From contig JBJFYX010000019.1 of assembly GCA_044892525.1 (NCBI GenBank), positions 186,001 through 250,000 of the forward strand: a DNA stretch of 64,000 bases. The letters are read 5' to 3'. The notes beneath the pieces are model-generated. The model saw only the letters and a program-made list of their open reading frames with translations, was not told the origin of the DNA and did not search any database. This DNA comes from Schmidtea polychroa (lineage: Eukaryota). This document shows positions 61,261 to 64,000 of the stretch, in pieces; position 1 is the stretch's first letter; every line of letters begins with the position of its first letter. The position numbers and the translations under genes are program-made.

Positions 61261-61498
61261 AGCTTCTACAAAATCCAAAGAATCTACTAGGTCATCCTGG
61301 AAGACTAATCCGAGAAATTGATAACGTGTTTAGTCTTTTATCAAAAGGTGAATGCATTTAAAATTAGGACAGGATATGTTATCAGATTACACAAAAATCC
61401 ATCATAATTTAATATCAAATAAAATAAGTAGATTATTTAACAAAATTAAATTATTTTTAGATAAAGAAATACCAATCGAAACAAGAAGAAAATATGTC
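61261..61498 (+). pseudogene. Highly decayed relic of another NeSL/R5-like copy (RT N-terminal extension)
   Basis: Y-IQRIY..HPGRLIREIDN resembles YQIQRLYAINPGRAINEIN. LFNKIKLFLDKEIPIETRRKYV resembles IFNKILETHQIPEVWRKYL. Confidence 0.55.
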
Positions 61499-63540
61499 GT
61501 TTGTATTATGTTTTGAGTATGATTTAATTATTGGAGATTCAATAATAATAAAAATTAAGATTGAATTAATTGTTGAAATATTAAATTTATCACAGAAAAT
61601 ATCTCGATGTTAGAGGATATGGGTCTTTTATTAGAAAGTTAATTTATTAATAAAAATAATTTAAAATATACAAAAAACAAATAAAATATAAAAATATCTA
61701 TTGCCTAAGATAAATATCTCAAAATTAGAGTATATGGGTCTTTTATTAGAAAGTTAATTTATTATTAAAAATAATTTAAAATATACAAAAATTAAATAAA
61801 ATATAAAAATATCTTTTGGCTAAGATAAACATTTTTAGAAATTAAAATGTAAACAATAATTATTTAAAATTGAAAGTTCAAATATTGAATTAAAAAAATT
61901 TTTTTGGCAGAATGGGTTTATTTAATTATAGTTGAATTATTTGTATTTTTTTAAAGTTAAAAATGTAAGTGTGTATGTAAGTCATAAATATCATAAGAAA
62001 ATTTAAATGATAAAAATTAATTTATTATTAAAAATAATTGAAAATATACAAAAAACAAATCAAATTTAAAAATATCAATAAAAATATTTAGAAATAAAAG
62101 TTAAAACAATTTTTAAAATTTAATATTTTTTTTTAAAAATGGAAGGTCAAATATCGAATTTAAAAATATTTTAATCCAAATTTAAAAAAAACATTTAATT
62201 ATAATAATAATATTGAAATTTTAGATCAAGATGATAATAAACAATTAGAATGTTACAATTATATTTATGAAAAATATATATAAAATATCAAACTTTAAAG
62301 AAAATTATATCAGAATATGATTTTAAAGATAAAAAATATATTAAAATTTCAAATATATTTTAACAAAAAATATTGAAGTACCAACAGATTTATAATAACT
62401 CTAACAGTTATATAAATACATTTTTTTAGTTTAACTAATTCAATGAAAAAGAATTTTAAAACAATGAAAAATTCGAAATTCAGAACAATTCAGAACCTCG
62501 TCCAAATGAAATTGGAAAAAGCCCTAAATAACTTTCCACCAGCATCCAAGATGAAAAACAACGATAACTAAATGCCAATTAATAGTAAAAAAAATAATTA
62601 ACAGTTTAATCAATAACTTATATATAATTAAAAATAAATAAAAAAATTAAAAAAATTAAATCATTAAATTATATTATATTTCTGATTATTCTTGAATGAA
62701 GATTTTGAACTTTTTGAATTCTATGATTGTTGAGTTCTCAGTTTCTGGTTGTTTGGTAGTGGAAATCTCTCTGTCTTTGGCGGCCAATGCGTTCATATTT
62801 TCTTTTGAAATTTTGTTTTCGGTATTTCTTATCTGGGAAAGGTTGGCAGAGGTTTATATTATTTTCTTTATGTTCTTTGAGGTTTTATATAAAATATATT
62901 TATCATTTATTTGTTCTTTGATAAAATTTTATAATTTGGTAACCACTATCATTGAGTAGCCTACAGATGTCACAAGAGACTCAGACACTGTAGAGCTGTC
63001 AAATCCAATAGAACTCACAACTATCGAGCAACCATGTAGAAGCATGGAAAATAATGAGACCGCAATCTCTACAGTAAACAACGAAAACATAGAAATTGAC
63101 GGAACAAGTCGGGGAATAATAATAAAACCCATTGCACCTGTACTCAAAGAAAATATATCAAATAACGAAACAAGAAGGCAATCAAGACAAGATAAAAATA
63201 TCAGATCCAAGAGTCAGAAGAAAGAAAGACAAATAATTGACTCCGATAGCCATTGATACCACAAAACAAAACAAAAAACTACGTACCGGTGGAGACCATC
63301 AACGGCAAATAATTGGCTTATGGTAGTTAAAAAACATCCAATAGCCAGTTAACCGAATGGAAAAATGCCTTGAAAATATTTTTAGCATAAAAGCCCACAT
63401 AATATAGTTAATAAACTATAATATGCAGGCAATTAGTTAATCTAAATTTCAATCTAGAAATTTAAAGTTAATTTTAAAAACGACATGAATGAATCATAAA
63501 GACTCAATACATATCTACACAATGAATGATTCATAAAGAA

Positions 63541-63952
63541 TCAAATCATCGCGCATGGGGATGAAGTTCAAAATCTCGCAGTTTACACCACTCGAATTCT
63601 TACGCTTCCCCGACCGTAAAGTAAGTCGTCTACAAACGATTTAATGCCAACACGTAAATCATTAAAAATGATTCAAACATCCAAACTATTTTCATAGAAT
63701 GGTTAGAGTTTAAATATATGGCTAAGCCACATCCACTAACTTGCGTTAATGAATAATAATATTGCCTCATTACGAGGATGGCACAAAATATCATGATTTT
63801 TAGGCGAGATTCAGACTTAGAGGCGTTCAGTCTTAATCTCTCGGATGGTAGCTTCGTGCCACTGACCTTTTGATCAAGCACATTTACCAGTGATCCGAAT
63901 CTGCGGTTCCTCTCGTACTGACCAGAATTACTATTATCATGACAAATTATAT

Positions 63953-64000
<48 letters not shown>
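63541..64000 (-). rRNA. 28S: 28S rRNA 3' fragment, unit D (cut by the window end)
   Basis: Same sequence as 4053-4512. Confidence 0.95.

Larger units (their letters stand above)
59911..61545. other. Unit-D-specific ~1.64 kb segment: diverged AT-repeat copies, microsatellite and element relic
   Basis: Absent from A-C. Contains variant copies of A 2590-3250 and of the AATTCAGAACAATTCAGAACCTCGTCC block. Confidence 0.85.
57846..64000 (+). repeat. Partial tandem unit D with an extra 8 bp and an extra ~1.64 kb
   Basis: Offset to A is 57845 at the start, 57853 after ~58145, and 59488-59489 after ~61550 (ORF 3208 maps to 62696). Confidence 0.96.

Overview
Very AT-rich eukaryotic DNA with no intact host gene. 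The window is about 3.3 head-to-tail copies of a 19,281-19,282 bp unit: A 1-19282, B 19283-38563, C 38564-57845, and D 57846-64000 (partial, with about 1.64 kb extra). Each unit is a stack of decayed or rearranged NeSL/R5-type non-LTR retrotransposons (C2H2 fingers, Ulp1/C48-like cysteine protease, YADD reverse transcriptase, CCHC plus PD-(D/E)xK endonuclease). All large copies lie on the + strand and come from several diverged subfamilies (el1-el5). Each unit also holds a ~600 bp minus-strand 3' fragment of 28S rDNA and AT-rich repeats, including a 1,010 bp inverted repeat. The junctions show insertion antisense into 28S at ...GTCAGAAA(AG)|TTACCACAGGGATAAC..., next to the peptidyl-transferase loop. 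A planarian-like host is an inference only. Three signals stand out. (1) In-frame UGA codons sit in canonical readthrough contexts (UGA-CUA, UGA-CGG), with a 3' stem-loop in two subfamilies, which suggests programmed readthrough between ORF1 and protease-RT-endonuclease. (2) A SUMO-like xIGG/xTGG motif is conserved just upstream of the zinc fingers and is a candidate self-cleavage site for the element's own Ulp1-like protease. (3) ORF1 starts inside antisense 28S-like sequence. All comparisons were made by eye; no alignments or database searches were run.
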